From assembly GCA_031459385.1 (NCBI GenBank), contig JAVKIP010000004.1, positions 64,001 to 128,000 of the forward strand: a DNA stretch of 64,000 nt. Reading direction: 5' to 3'. Below the pieces are notes generated by a model. The model saw only the letters and a list, made by a program, of their open reading frames with translations. It did not search any database and was not told the DNA's origin. This document shows positions 9,118 to 18,191 of the stretch, piece after piece; positions within the stretch are counted from its first letter, which is position 1, and each line of letters starts with the position of its first letter. A program made the translations under genes and the position numbers. Source of the stretch: Candidatus Fervidifonticultor secundus. Its GTDB lineage: Bacteria > Sysuimicrobiota > Sysuimicrobiia > Sysuimicrobiales > Humicultoraceae.

Positions 9118-10098
9118 CTACAGGTCGACCCGGGTGCCCACGCCCCGGGCCACCGCCTTGCGGTACACGAGGGTCGCCGTGGCCACGTCCTCCACGGCGA
9201 CGCCCACCGACTTGAAGAGCGTGACCTGCCCGGGGTGCGTCCGGCCTGGCTTCGTCCCGCCGATCACCTCGCCGAGTTCGTCCGCGACCTGCGCGCGGGT
9301 GATGCGACCTTCCTGCAGCGGCACCAGGATGTCGCCACACTCAGTGAAGATGGCGTCGCGCGAGTCCACCACGACGCGCGCGCGGGCAACCGTCTCGGTG
9401 TCGAGCTCGCGGGCGCCCGGCGCGTGCGAGCCGACGGCGTTGATGTGGCAGCCCGGGCCGAACCACTCCCAGCGGACGATGGGCTGCGCGGCGGTCGTGG
9501 CCAGGACCACCAGGTCGGCGCCCCGGACGGCGGCTTCCTCCGAGTCGACGACGTCGATGGGCACGCCCAAGCGCGGCTCCATCTCCCGCTGGAACGCCTC
9601 GGCCTTCGCACGGGTCCGGTTGTAGATCCGGCAGCGGGTGACCTGAGCGACCTCCCGCATCGCCCACAGGTGGCTCTGCCCCTGGACCCCGGCGCCCAGG
9701 ATGCCGAGGACCTTGGGCCCGGGCGTGGCCAAGTAGCGCGTCGCCACGCCGGAGGCCGCGGCCGTCCGCACGGCGGTGAGGTAGGCGCCGTCCATGATCG
9801 CCAGCACCTGCCCCGTCTCCGGGTCGTTGACGACCACCACGGCGAGGATCGTCGGCAGGCCGCGCTGCGGGTTGCGCGCGTACACCGTCACGATCTTGCT
9901 GCCGAGCGCGTCGCTCCGGCTGAGGTAGGCCGGCATGGACAGCATGGCGCCGGCGTGGGGGGCCACGGTGGTCGTGCTGCGCACCGGCATCACCGCCTGG
10001 CCGGCCGAGAGCTCGGCCAGGGCCTGCGCACACGCGTCGATCGCCTCGCGCATGTCCAGCAGATCGCGGACCTGGGCCGCGGAGAGGATCAGAGGCAT
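9118..10098 (-). CDS. Ornithine cyclodeaminase/mu-crystallin family protein
   Basis: LTAVRTAAASGVA, Rossmann GILGAGVQG, HINAVGS, LFKSVGVAVED. Confidence 0.88.
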   Translation of the reverse strand: MPLILSAAQVRDLLDMREAIDACAQALAELSAGQAVMPVRSTTTVAPHAGAMLSMPAYLSRSDALGSKIVTVYARNPQRGLPTILAVVVVNDPETGQVLAIMDGAYLTAVRTAAASGVATRYLATPGPKVLGILGAGVQGQSHLWAMREVAQVTRCRIYNRTRAKAEAFQREMEPRLGVPIDVVDSEEAAVRGADLVVLATTAAQPIVRWEWFGPGCHINAVGSHAPGARELDTETVARARVVVDSRDAIFTECGDILVPLQEGRITRAQVADELGEVIGGTKPGRTHPGQVTLFKSVGVAVEDVATATLVYRKAVARGVGTRVDL

Positions 10099-10242
10099 GT
10101 GACCGCTCCTCGTGCGAAGGTGCCGACCAGTCTACCATCTGTTGCCGCCTGCGGCTAGCCGGGGCAATCGGGTACGGTCCGGGCGCGCACGCCGCGGTCA
10201 TGCGCAACGGCGCAGTGGCCGGCATGCCGGCCCGGGCTCCTG

Positions 10243-10255
10243 TGGTATCATACCA
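10243..10255. promoter_or_regulatory. Palindrome TGGTAT-C-ATACCA: overlapping divergent extended -10 boxes and/or operator
   Basis: Reads TGgTATCAT on + (toward the tRNA) and TGgTATGAT on - (toward the cyclodeaminase gene). Confidence 0.5.
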
Positions 10256-10320
10256 ATGGTGCGGCGGCGGAGATGCTCGTTGTCGGACCTGTGCCTGACG
10301 CACGGTGCAATGCCAGACGC

Positions 10321-10394
10321 TGGGGGGTCGGCTAACGGGAAGCCACAAGCCTTTGAAGCTTGGGATGCGGGTTCGACTCCTGCCCCCCCAGCCA
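10321..10394 (+). tRNA. tRNA-Gln (anticodon TTG)
   Basis: Acceptor TGGGGGG/CCCCCCA, D stem GGCT/AGCC, anticodon arm CAAGC-CTTTGAA-GCTTG, T arm GCGGG-TTCGACT-CCTGC, encoded CCA. Confidence 0.97.
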
Positions 10395-10550
10395 CGGTGA
10401 ATGACCCGGGATGCGCGGGCAGTAGACGCGCGGCACCGCGAGCTCGATGCTCATAGACAGGTCCACCTCCTGCGGTGAGATGGCCCCGGTCGGCCTGTGC
10501 CAGTGCTGCGCAGGCAGGCGTCGTCGCCCAGTGTCGGTGCGCAGCCGTCG

Positions 10551-11102
10551 ATGACCGGCCACGGCGCACCCGACAGCGGCCGCCCCGCGTCCCGGGCCCG
10601 GGCGCCGTCGGATGCCGCGCCGGCGCCGGCCGCAGGCCGCCCGCCCCGCGCGGGGCGGGCGGCACCCTCCGAGGCCGTACCCGCCCCGCACGCCGGTGAA
10701 GCGCTGGTCCGCCGCCAGGTCGACGCTCTCAACCGCCACGACCTGGACGCGCTGATGGCCACGTACGCAGACGCCGCGGTTCTCGAATACCCGGCCAGCC
10801 CCCCGGTCACCGGCAAAGCCGCCATCCGTGAGGCCTACGAGCGCTTCTTCGCCAGCTGGGACGAGACGATCGCGCTGGCCCACGTGGTGGCGACCGGCGG
10901 TGTCGTGGCCGCCGAAGGCGTAGTCCAGGGGCGCCACCGAACGATCCACCTGAAGATCCCCGGCCGCGTCGCCGTCGCGTCCCCGCGGGCCTACCGGCAC
11001 GGCTTCGCGGCGTTCTGGGAGATCCAGGACGGGCTGGTGGTCCGCCACCGCGTGTACTACGACGCCCGCGAGCTCGTGCGGCAGCTCCTCGGGCCTCGCT
11101 GA
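10551..11102 (+). CDS. NTF2/SnoaL-like protein (ester cyclase family); start uncertain
   Basis: LVRRQVDALNRHDLDALMATYADAAV, GKAAIREAY, FWEIQDGLVVRHRVYYD; low-complexity N-terminus. Confidence 0.75.
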   Translation: MTGHGAPDSGRPASRARAPSDAAPAPAAGRPPRAGRAAPSEAVPAPHAGEALVRRQVDALNRHDLDALMATYADAAVLEYPASPPVTGKAAIREAYERFFASWDETIALAHVVATGGVVAAEGVVQGRHRTIHLKIPGRVAVASPRAYRHGFAAFWEIQDGLVVRHRVYYDARELVRQLLGPR

Positions 11103-11217
11103 GACCGCGGCACTGGCGCCGCCGCGGACACCGCACGCACCGGAGGAATCCCTCGGGCCGCCAAGAATCCCCCAGGGGAACCGCCATCTCGATGTGCGCG
11201 GATCCCCGGGGCCGTTC

Positions 11218-12633
11218 ATGTCACAGGTCGAAGCCATCGTGCTCGCCGCCGGCAAGGGAAAGCGGATGCGCTCGGCGCTGCCGAAGGTGCTGCACCGGCT
11301 CTGTGGACGCCCCATGATCACCTACGTCCTCGACACGCTGGCGGAGGTCGGCGTGCCCTCGCCTATCCTGGTGGTTGGCTACGGCGCCGAGCAGGTGCGG
11401 GCGGCGCTGGGGGAGGGGCTGCGCTACGTGCAGCAGAACGAGCCGCTCGGCACCGGGCACGCGGTGCTGCAGGCGCTCCCGCTGCTGGAGGGCTTTGCGG
11501 GCACCGTCCTGGTCCTCTACGGCGATGTGCCGCTCCTGCGGCCCGAGACCCTCGAGACGCTGCTGGCGCACCACCGCCAGCAGGGCGCGGCCGCCACGAT
11601 CCTCACGGACGTGCGCGACGACCCGACGGGCTACGGCCGGGTGCTCCGCGACGCGCGCGGCAACGTCCTGCGCATCGTCGAGGAGCCCGACGCGTCGCCG
11701 GAGGAGCGTGAGGTGCGCGAGATCAACGCCGGCACCTACGCCTTCGAAGCCAGCGCGCTACGCGAGGCGCTGCGGGCCCTGCAGCCGGCCAACGCGCAGG
11801 GCGAATACTACCTCACCGACGCCATCGACCTGCTGCTGCGGGCGCGGCATACGGTGGCGGCGGTCGTGGCGCCGTCCACCCGGGAGACCCTGGGCATCAA
11901 CAGCCGGCGGGACCTGGCCGATGCCGAAGCCGTGCTGCGGGCGCAGCTCCTCGGGGACCTGATGGACGCGGGCGTCACCGTCGTGGATCCGGCCACAACC
12001 TACGTACACGCCGGCGTCCGGGTCGGGCGCGATACCGTCGTCTACCCCGGGTCGAGCCTGGAAGGCACCACGGTCGTCGGGGAGGGCTGCCACATCGGCC
12101 CCCACGCCCGGCTGGTCGATGCGGCGCTCGGCGACCGGGTCACGGTGGTGGCCTCGACGATCATCCAGAGCCACGTGGGCGACGACAGCCGCGTGGGCCC
12201 CTACAGCCACCTCCGGCCGGGCGTCCGCCTGGGGCGCGGTGTCGAGGTGGGCACCTTCGCCGAGATGAAGAACAGCACGGTTGGCGACGGCACGAAGGTG
12301 CACCACATGAGCTACCTGGGCGATGCCCTGGTGGGGGCCCGGGTCAACATCGGCGCCGGCACCATCACCTGCAACTACGACGGCCGCGCCAAGCACGTCA
12401 CCGTCATCGAGGACGGCGCGTTCATCGGCAGCGACACCATGCTCATCGCGCCGGTGCGGATCGGGCGCGACGCGGTGACCGGCGCCGGCGCGGTGGTGAA
12501 GCGCGACGTGCCGCCGCGCGGGGTCGCTGTGGGGATGCCGGCCCGCGTGATCCGCCACCGGCCCGACGCCGAGGTCGAGCCGACCCGCACCGAGGGCACC
12601 GACGCCGACGCTGCGCCGGTGGAGCCGCTGTGA
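11218..12633 (+). CDS. glmU: Bifunctional UDP-GlcNAc pyrophosphorylase/glucosamine-1-P N-acetyltransferase
   Basis: LAAGKGKRMRSALPKVLH, GTGHAV, GEYYLTD, hexapeptide repeats, GTITCNYDG. Confidence 0.96.
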   Translation: MSQVEAIVLAAGKGKRMRSALPKVLHRLCGRPMITYVLDTLAEVGVPSPILVVGYGAEQVRAALGEGLRYVQQNEPLGTGHAVLQALPLLEGFAGTVLVLYGDVPLLRPETLETLLAHHRQQGAAATILTDVRDDPTGYGRVLRDARGNVLRIVEEPDASPEEREVREINAGTYAFEASALREALRALQPANAQGEYYLTDAIDLLLRARHTVAAVVAPSTRETLGINSRRDLADAEAVLRAQLLGDLMDAGVTVVDPATTYVHAGVRVGRDTVVYPGSSLEGTTVVGEGCHIGPHARLVDAALGDRVTVVASTIIQSHVGDDSRVGPYSHLRPGVRLGRGVEVGTFAEMKNSTVGDGTKVHHMSYLGDALVGARVNIGAGTITCNYDGRAKHVTVIEDGAFIGSDTMLIAPVRIGRDAVTGAGAVVKRDVPPRGVAVGMPARVIRHRPDAEVEPTRTEGTDADAAPVEPL

Positions 12634-13616
12634 GGGACGTCCGCCTGAAGATCTTCAGCGGGTCCGCCAACCCTGCCCTGGCCGAAGAGGTCGCGGACCT
12701 GCTGGACCTGCCGTTGGGCGAGATGGAGGTGTTTCGCTTCGCCGACGGCGAGGTGAGCGTACGGATCGCCGAGAGCGTGCGCGGCGAGGACGTGTTCGTC
12801 ATCCAGCCCACCTCGCCGCCGGTCAACGAGAACCTGCTGGAGCTGCTGGTGATCCTCGACGCGCTGCGGCGGGCGTCGGCGGCCCGGGTCACCGCCGTGA
12901 TCCCCTATTTCGGGTACGCGCGCCAGGACCGCAAGACGAAGCCGCGGGAGCCTATCACGGCCAAGCTCGTCGCCAACCTGCTGGTCGCGGCGGGCGCCCA
13001 GCGCATTCTGGCCGTCGATCTCCACGCCGGCCAGCTGTGGGGTTTCTTCGACATCCCCCTCGACCACCTGCCGTCGCGGCTGCTGCTGGCGGCGTACGTC
13101 CGCGCCAAGGGCCTGCGCAACGTCGTGGTGGTCTCCCCCGACATCGGCGGGGTCGCCCGGGCGCGCGAGTTCGCCGCCGAGCTGGGCGCGCCCATCGCCA
13201 TCATCGACAAGCGCCGCGATCGGCCCAACCAGGTGAAGGAGGTCACCCACGTCATCGGCAAGGTGTATCGGCGGACGGCGATCCTGGTCGACGACATCGT
13301 GGACACCGCGGGGACGCTGACCATGGCGGCGCAGGCGCTGGTGGCGCGGGGGGTGGAGGGAGTCTACGCCTGCTGCGCCCACGCGCTCCTCTCGGGGGCG
13401 GCGGCAGAGCGCATCGCGCAGAGCCCCATCCAGGAGCTGGTGGTGACCAACACGGTGCCGGTCTCGGCCGCCCGGCGGCCGGACCGGATGCGCGTGGTGT
13501 CCATCGCGCCGATCCTGGCCGAGGCGATCCGGCGGATCCACGGCGACCGGTCGGTCAGCGAGCTGCTGAGCGCCGTCCCGGCGTCCGTCCCAGGGGCGCC
13601 GCTGCGCGTGGTCTGA
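12630..13616 (+). CDS. prs: Ribose-phosphate pyrophosphokinase
   Basis: FADGE, PYFGYARQDRK, VSPDIGG, VDDIVDTAGT. Confidence 0.96.
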   Translation: MRDVRLKIFSGSANPALAEEVADLLDLPLGEMEVFRFADGEVSVRIAESVRGEDVFVIQPTSPPVNENLLELLVILDALRRASAARVTAVIPYFGYARQDRKTKPREPITAKLVANLLVAAGAQRILAVDLHAGQLWGFFDIPLDHLPSRLLLAAYVRAKGLRNVVVVSPDIGGVARAREFAAELGAPIAIIDKRRDRPNQVKEVTHVIGKVYRRTAILVDDIVDTAGTLTMAAQALVARGVEGVYACCAHALLSGAAAERIAQSPIQELVVTNTVPVSAARRPDRMRVVSIAPILAEAIRRIHGDRSVSELLSAVPASVPGAPLRVV

Positions 13617-14695
13617 TGGCCGTCCCGCTGGTGCTGGCCCTGGTGGCGCTGGTGGTCACCAACGCGCTGACGCCCGCGGTGCGCCGCGTCGCGCGCCGCG
13701 TGGGCGCCATCGATTATCCTGGCGGCCGGCGCATCAATGCGCGGCCCACGCCGCGTCTTGGGGGCGTGGCCATCTACCTGGGCTTCGTCGTCGCCGCCCT
13801 GCTGGCCATGGTGGTCACGCGCCCGATCGAGCTGGTCCAGAGCGACGGCGCCACGTTCCTCCGGATCCCCATCGCGCTGCGCACCGATCGGGCCCTTGTG
13901 GGCCTCATGCTGGGCGGCACGTTTCTGCTGGGCGTCGGCGTCTACGACGACCTGCGCGGCCTGCACCCGGCGCTGAAGTTCGCGGCGATGGTGGTTGCCG
14001 CCGCCGTGCTGATTCCCTTTGGCCTGGCCACGCAGTTCGTGACACACCCGCTGACGGGGCGGACCGTGGCGGTGGGGCCGTGGGGCGCGGTGTTCACCAT
14101 CCTCTGGGTGGTGGCGGTGGTCAACATCATCAACTTCATCGACGGCGTCGACGGGCTCGCCGCCGGCATCGTGGCCATCGCCGGCACGACGCTGCTGCTG
14201 GTGGCTGCCCACAAGCACGACGCCGTGGCCACGTCGCTGGCGGCCGGGCTGGTGGGTGCGGCCCTGGGGTTCCTGCGCCACAACTTCAACCCGGCCCGCA
14301 TCTTCATGGGCGACTCGGGCTCGATGTTCCTGGGCTACGTCCTCGGGGGCCTGGCGGTGATGGGTATGTACAAGTCCTACACGGCCATCTCGCTCCTGGT
14401 GCCGATCCTGGCGCTGGGCGTGCCCATTGCCGATACCGCCTTTGCCATCGTCCGCCGTGCGCGCAGTGGCCGGCCCATCTACCTGCCCGACCGGGGCCAC
14501 CTGCACCATCGGCTGCTCGACCGCGGGCTCACGCAGCGGCAGACCGTGGTGCTCCTGTACCTGGTCAGCGCGGCGCTGGGGTTGGGCGCGCTGGCGCTGG
14601 CGGACATCAGCCGCACCACCGCCGTGGTCACCCTGGGCGTCATCACTGCGGTCCTGGTCATCGGCGTCCGGCAGATGCGGCTGCTGGCGCGCTGA
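13616..14695 (+). CDS. Undecaprenyl-phosphate GlcNAc-1-P transferase (WecA/TagO, GT4 family)
   Basis: PTPRLGGVAI, GVYDD, NFIDGVDGLA, NFNPARIFMGDSG, DRGHLHHRLL. Confidence 0.9.
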   Translation: MAVPLVLALVALVVTNALTPAVRRVARRVGAIDYPGGRRINARPTPRLGGVAIYLGFVVAALLAMVVTRPIELVQSDGATFLRIPIALRTDRALVGLMLGGTFLLGVGVYDDLRGLHPALKFAAMVVAAAVLIPFGLATQFVTHPLTGRTVAVGPWGAVFTILWVVAVVNIINFIDGVDGLAAGIVAIAGTTLLLVAAHKHDAVATSLAAGLVGAALGFLRHNFNPARIFMGDSGSMFLGYVLGGLAVMGMYKSYTAISLLVPILALGVPIADTAFAIVRRARSGRPIYLPDRGHLHHRLLDRGLTQRQTVVLLYLVSAALGLGALALADISRTTAVVTLGVITAVLVIGVRQMRLLAR

Positions 14696-15843
14696 TGGGC
14701 GATCGGCTGCCCATCATGACGGTGTTCGGGACCCGTCCCGAGGCGGTGAAGCTCGCACCCGTCATCGCCCGCCTGCGCGACAGCGCCGACTTCGTCCCCC
14801 AGGTGGTCGTGACCGCCCAGCACCGGGAGATGCTGGATCAGGTGCTGCGGCTGTTCGGCATCGTCCCCGAGCGCGATCTGGACATCATGCAGCCCGAGCA
14901 GTCGCTGTCCGACATCACCGCGCGGGCCATGGCGGGTCTGGACGCGGTGCTGCGCGAGCTGCGTCCGGCCATGGTGCTGGTGCAGGGTGACGCCTCGTCC
15001 ACGTTCCTGGGGGCGCTGGCGGCGTTCTACCACCGGGTGCCCATCGGCCACGTCGAAGCCGGCCTGCGCACCCATGACAAGTACCAGCCTTTTCCCGAGG
15101 AGATGAACCGCCGCCTGACGTCGGTGCTGGCAGATCTGCACTTCGCGCCGACGCCGCAGGCCCGGGACAACCTGCTGCGCGAGGGAATCCGGCGCGAGCG
15201 GATCGTGGTGACCGGGAACACGGTGATCGACGCGCTGCTGGAGGTGCGCGGCCGCCCCGACCTGCCGTGGCCTCCCGGGCTGCCCGCGCTGGACGGCCAC
15301 CGGGTGCTGCTGGTCACGACGCACCGTCGGGAGAACTGGGGGGAACCCCTGCGCCAGATCTACCTGGCACTCCTCGACCTGCTCAACCGCTTTCCGGACG
15401 TGGCCGTCGTCTTTTCGGTCCACCGCAACCCGGCCGTGCGGCGCATCGCCCAGGACGTGCTGGGCGGCCACCCCCGCGCCCACCTCATCGAGCCGCCCGA
15501 TTACGCGCCGTTCGTCAGGCTCATGGCCGACGCCTATCTCATCCTCACCGACTCGGGAGGCGTGCAGGAAGAGGCGCCGGCGCTGGGGACGCCGGTGCTG
15601 GTGCTGCGCGAGGTCACCGAGCGGCCCGAAGGCATCGCGGCCGGCACCGTGGAGCTCGTGGGCACGGCGCGCGCGCGCATCGTGGAGCGCGCGAGCCGGC
15701 TGCTGGCCGATCCGGCGGCCCGCGCGGCCATGGCCCAGGCGCGCAACCCCTACGGGGACGGACAGGCCGCCCGCCGCATCGTCGAGGCCCTCCGCCACGT
15801 GTTCGGACGCGCGCCCGCGCCGCCTGCGGAGTTCGTACCGTGA
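14695..15843 (+). CDS. wecB: UDP-N-acetylglucosamine 2-epimerase (non-hydrolysing)
   Basis: FGTRPEAVKLAP, TAQHREML, HVEAGLRT, PFPEEMNR, TDSGGVQEEAP, NPYGDG. Confidence 0.95.
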   Translation: MGDRLPIMTVFGTRPEAVKLAPVIARLRDSADFVPQVVVTAQHREMLDQVLRLFGIVPERDLDIMQPEQSLSDITARAMAGLDAVLRELRPAMVLVQGDASSTFLGALAAFYHRVPIGHVEAGLRTHDKYQPFPEEMNRRLTSVLADLHFAPTPQARDNLLREGIRRERIVVTGNTVIDALLEVRGRPDLPWPPGLPALDGHRVLLVTTHRRENWGEPLRQIYLALLDLLNRFPDVAVVFSVHRNPAVRRIAQDVLGGHPRAHLIEPPDYAPFVRLMADAYLILTDSGGVQEEAPALGTPVLVLREVTERPEGIAAGTVELVGTARARIVERASRLLADPAARAAMAQARNPYGDGQAARRIVEALRHVFGRAPAPPAEFVP

Positions 15844-15866
15844 ACCGCGAGGTCCCCGAGCCCGTA

Positions 15867-15875
15867 TGTTATAAT
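15867..15875 (+). promoter_or_regulatory. Extended -10 promoter TGtTATAAT at the head of the OM-biogenesis cluster
   Basis: Perfect TGnTATAAT about 60 nt upstream of ATG 15937. Confidence 0.75.
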
Positions 15876-15936
15876 CGAAGACACATCGGGCGTTGCGGTT
15901 GTGCTGGCAGCCCGGTGCGGCCGCGCAAGGGAGACG

Positions 15937-16245
15937 ATGCGCATCCCGGTGAGCCACTGGCTCGTGCTCGCAGTCGTCGTCATCATGCTGGGCACCGCGG
16001 TGCAGGCGGCGCCCCGGCTGGTGGACGTCCGGGCCACCCTCCGGGGTGAGGTGGTCGCCGACGGGCTGGCCAGGGTCGGCGACCAGGTGAGCGAGGGCGA
16101 TCCCCTGGTCTACGTGCGCACGCAGATCGGACGGGCGGTGGCGGCCCGCGCGCCGGTCGACGGCCGGGTGGCGGAGGTGCTGGTCCGCCCGGGCGCGGAG
16201 ATTCGGGAACTCGGCGCGGTCGTGGCGCGGCTGGAGCCCAGGTAG
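15937..16245 (+). CDS. Secreted biotinyl/lipoyl-attachment-fold protein lacking the acceptor Lys
   Basis: Signal peptide ending VQA-A; VGDQVSEGDPLVYV...ARAPVDGRVAEVLVRPG pattern; SD AAGGGAG. Confidence 0.7.
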   Translation: MRIPVSHWLVLAVVVIMLGTAVQAAPRLVDVRATLRGEVVADGLARVGDQVSEGDPLVYVRTQIGRAVAARAPVDGRVAEVLVRPGAEIRELGAVVARLEPR

Positions 16246-16355
16246 GCGGTGCCGATCCCCGCAGGGCGTCGTCCAACGGTGGCCGCCCGGCCACCGTTTC
16301 CCGCACGCAGGTCGGTAGCGGACGTCATGGCGCCACGGTCGAGAGGGGGCGAGGT

Positions 16356-18143
16356 GTGAACGTTCGTCCAGGCATGCTGCTGCTGGCGATCCTCCTGATG
16401 CTCCCGAGCCTCCCGGCGGCGGGCGCGCCGCAGTCGACGCCGCCCATCCTGCCCATCGACCAGGTCCGTCCGGGCATGCGCGGGATCGGGAAGACGGTCG
16501 TTACCGGTCAGCGCGTCGACGAGTTCCAGTTCGAAGTGATCGACATCCTGCGCGGCGCCGGCGGGCCCATCACCTCCGATCGGATGATTCTGTTCCGCAT
16601 GACCGGCCCGCTGGTGCAGCGCACCGGGGGCAGCGCCGCCGGCATGAGCGGCAGCCCGCTCTACGTCCACGGCCGGCTGATTGGCGCCCTGTCCGCCTCG
16701 TTCATCTGGCAGACGCCGCGCCGCGATATCGCCCTGGCGACCCCGATCGCCGACATGCTGAAGCTCCTGGAACGTCCGCCGGCGCGCCGCAGTGGCGCGG
16801 CGGTGTACCGCACGTCGCAGCCCTTCGTGCTCGACGGCCGCGCCTACGACCGGGTGGTCGTGGCGCCCACGCCACGCGCGGCGCAGTTCGCCGGCCGGCT
16901 GCCCGGTGTCGCCGTCGCCGCGCCCGCCGTGGCCGCCTACGCCCTGGGCCTGAGCCCCCGCGCGTCCCGCCTGCTGGCTACGCTCGTCCAACCCCAGGGG
17001 CTGGAGATCCTGCAGGGGTACGCCAGCAAGGGGACGTTTGCGGTGCACCCCGTGACCGCAGGGAGCACTGTGGGTGTCGAGGAAGTGCGGGGCGACGTCG
17101 AGTTCGGCGGAATCTGCACGGTCACCGTGCGGGTGGGTGCGCGCGTGCTCGTCTGCGGCCACCCCTGGGCGAACCAGGGCGATGTGGAGTACATCCTGAC
17201 GGCCGCCGAGGTCATCGCCGTGGTCAACACCCTGGAGCGGCCGTTCAAGGTCGGGAACCTGGGGAGCGTCATCGGCGTGGTGGACCAGGATCGCGGTACC
17301 GGCATCGTGGGCAGCCTGGGGCCGCTGCCGCGCCTGTTCAACCTCCGGGTGATCGTCACGGACCTGGACGCCGGGGGGCGCGTGCAGCTCGGCGCGCAGA
17401 TGGTGCGCCGCCGCGACATGGCCCGGGCGCTGGCGCCCCTGGTGGCGCTGTCGGCGGTGGAGCGGGCGCGCAACCAGGCCGCCGGGGAGGGCACTGCCAC
17501 GGTCCGGCTCACCCTCCGCGCGCGGGGGCTGGAGCGGTCCATCGTGCGCGAGAACATGTTTTACAGCACCCGCGACATCGCCACGGCGTCGGTGCTCGAC
17601 GTCGTGGACGCTATGGAACTCGCCTTCTACAACGACCTGCGCCGGCTCGAGCCGTACGATCTCACCGTGGAGATCTCGCTGGCCCGGCGGCGGGTCACTG
17701 CGTCCATTGTGGACGTGGCGGCGCAGTCGCGCGAGGTCAGCCCGGGGGAGACGCTGCGGGTGCGGGTGCGGCTCCAGCCCTATCTGGCCGACCGCGTGGT
17801 GACCCGGCTGGTCGAAGTTCCCGTGCCCGCCGACTTCCCGCGGGGCCCGGCGGTGGTCATCGTGCGCTCGGCCGGGGTGGACGAGCCCCGGGTGCCGGTA
17901 GAGGCGCGGCTGGCGAGCGCGCTGCAGGCCGAGCCGATCCCCTGGGGCGTGGACTCGCTGCAGGACGCGCTGCGGCTGTTCGCCGAGTTCGGCCGCAACA
18001 CCGACATCCTGGTGCGCATCGTCCCGTTCGGCCTGCCCGCCACACAGCTGGAGTTCACCAAGTTCGACGTGCCGGCGGCCAGGTTCGACCGCACGGAGTG
18101 GGTCATCCAGGGCTCGGAATCGATTCCGATCCTGATCCGGTAG
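16356..18143 (+). CDS. SpoIVB/peptidase S55 domain protein, copy 1 (secreted)
   Basis: Signal peptide, GMRGIGKTVV, TGGSAAGMSGSPLYVHGRLIGAL, later VCGHP. Confidence 0.82.
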   Translation: MNVRPGMLLLAILLMLPSLPAAGAPQSTPPILPIDQVRPGMRGIGKTVVTGQRVDEFQFEVIDILRGAGGPITSDRMILFRMTGPLVQRTGGSAAGMSGSPLYVHGRLIGALSASFIWQTPRRDIALATPIADMLKLLERPPARRSGAAVYRTSQPFVLDGRAYDRVVVAPTPRAAQFAGRLPGVAVAAPAVAAYALGLSPRASRLLATLVQPQGLEILQGYASKGTFAVHPVTAGSTVGVEEVRGDVEFGGICTVTVRVGARVLVCGHPWANQGDVEYILTAAEVIAVVNTLERPFKVGNLGSVIGVVDQDRGTGIVGSLGPLPRLFNLRVIVTDLDAGGRVQLGAQMVRRRDMARALAPLVALSAVERARNQAAGEGTATVRLTLRARGLERSIVRENMFYSTRDIATASVLDVVDAMELAFYNDLRRLEPYDLTVEISLARRRVTASIVDVAAQSREVSPGETLRVRVRLQPYLADRVVTRLVEVPVPADFPRGPAVVIVRSAGVDEPRVPVEARLASALQAEPIPWGVDSLQDALRLFAEFGRNTDILVRIVPFGLPATQLEFTKFDVPAARFDRTEWVIQGSESIPILIR

Positions 18144-18191
18144 CCCGGCGTCCGTCCGGGCAGGTGGGCATTGAGAACCATGAGGGGGCCG

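Noticed and set aside
10321..11102. Integrated element at tRNA-Gln
   Set aside because: No integrase, and I saw no duplicated tRNA 3' end in the window.
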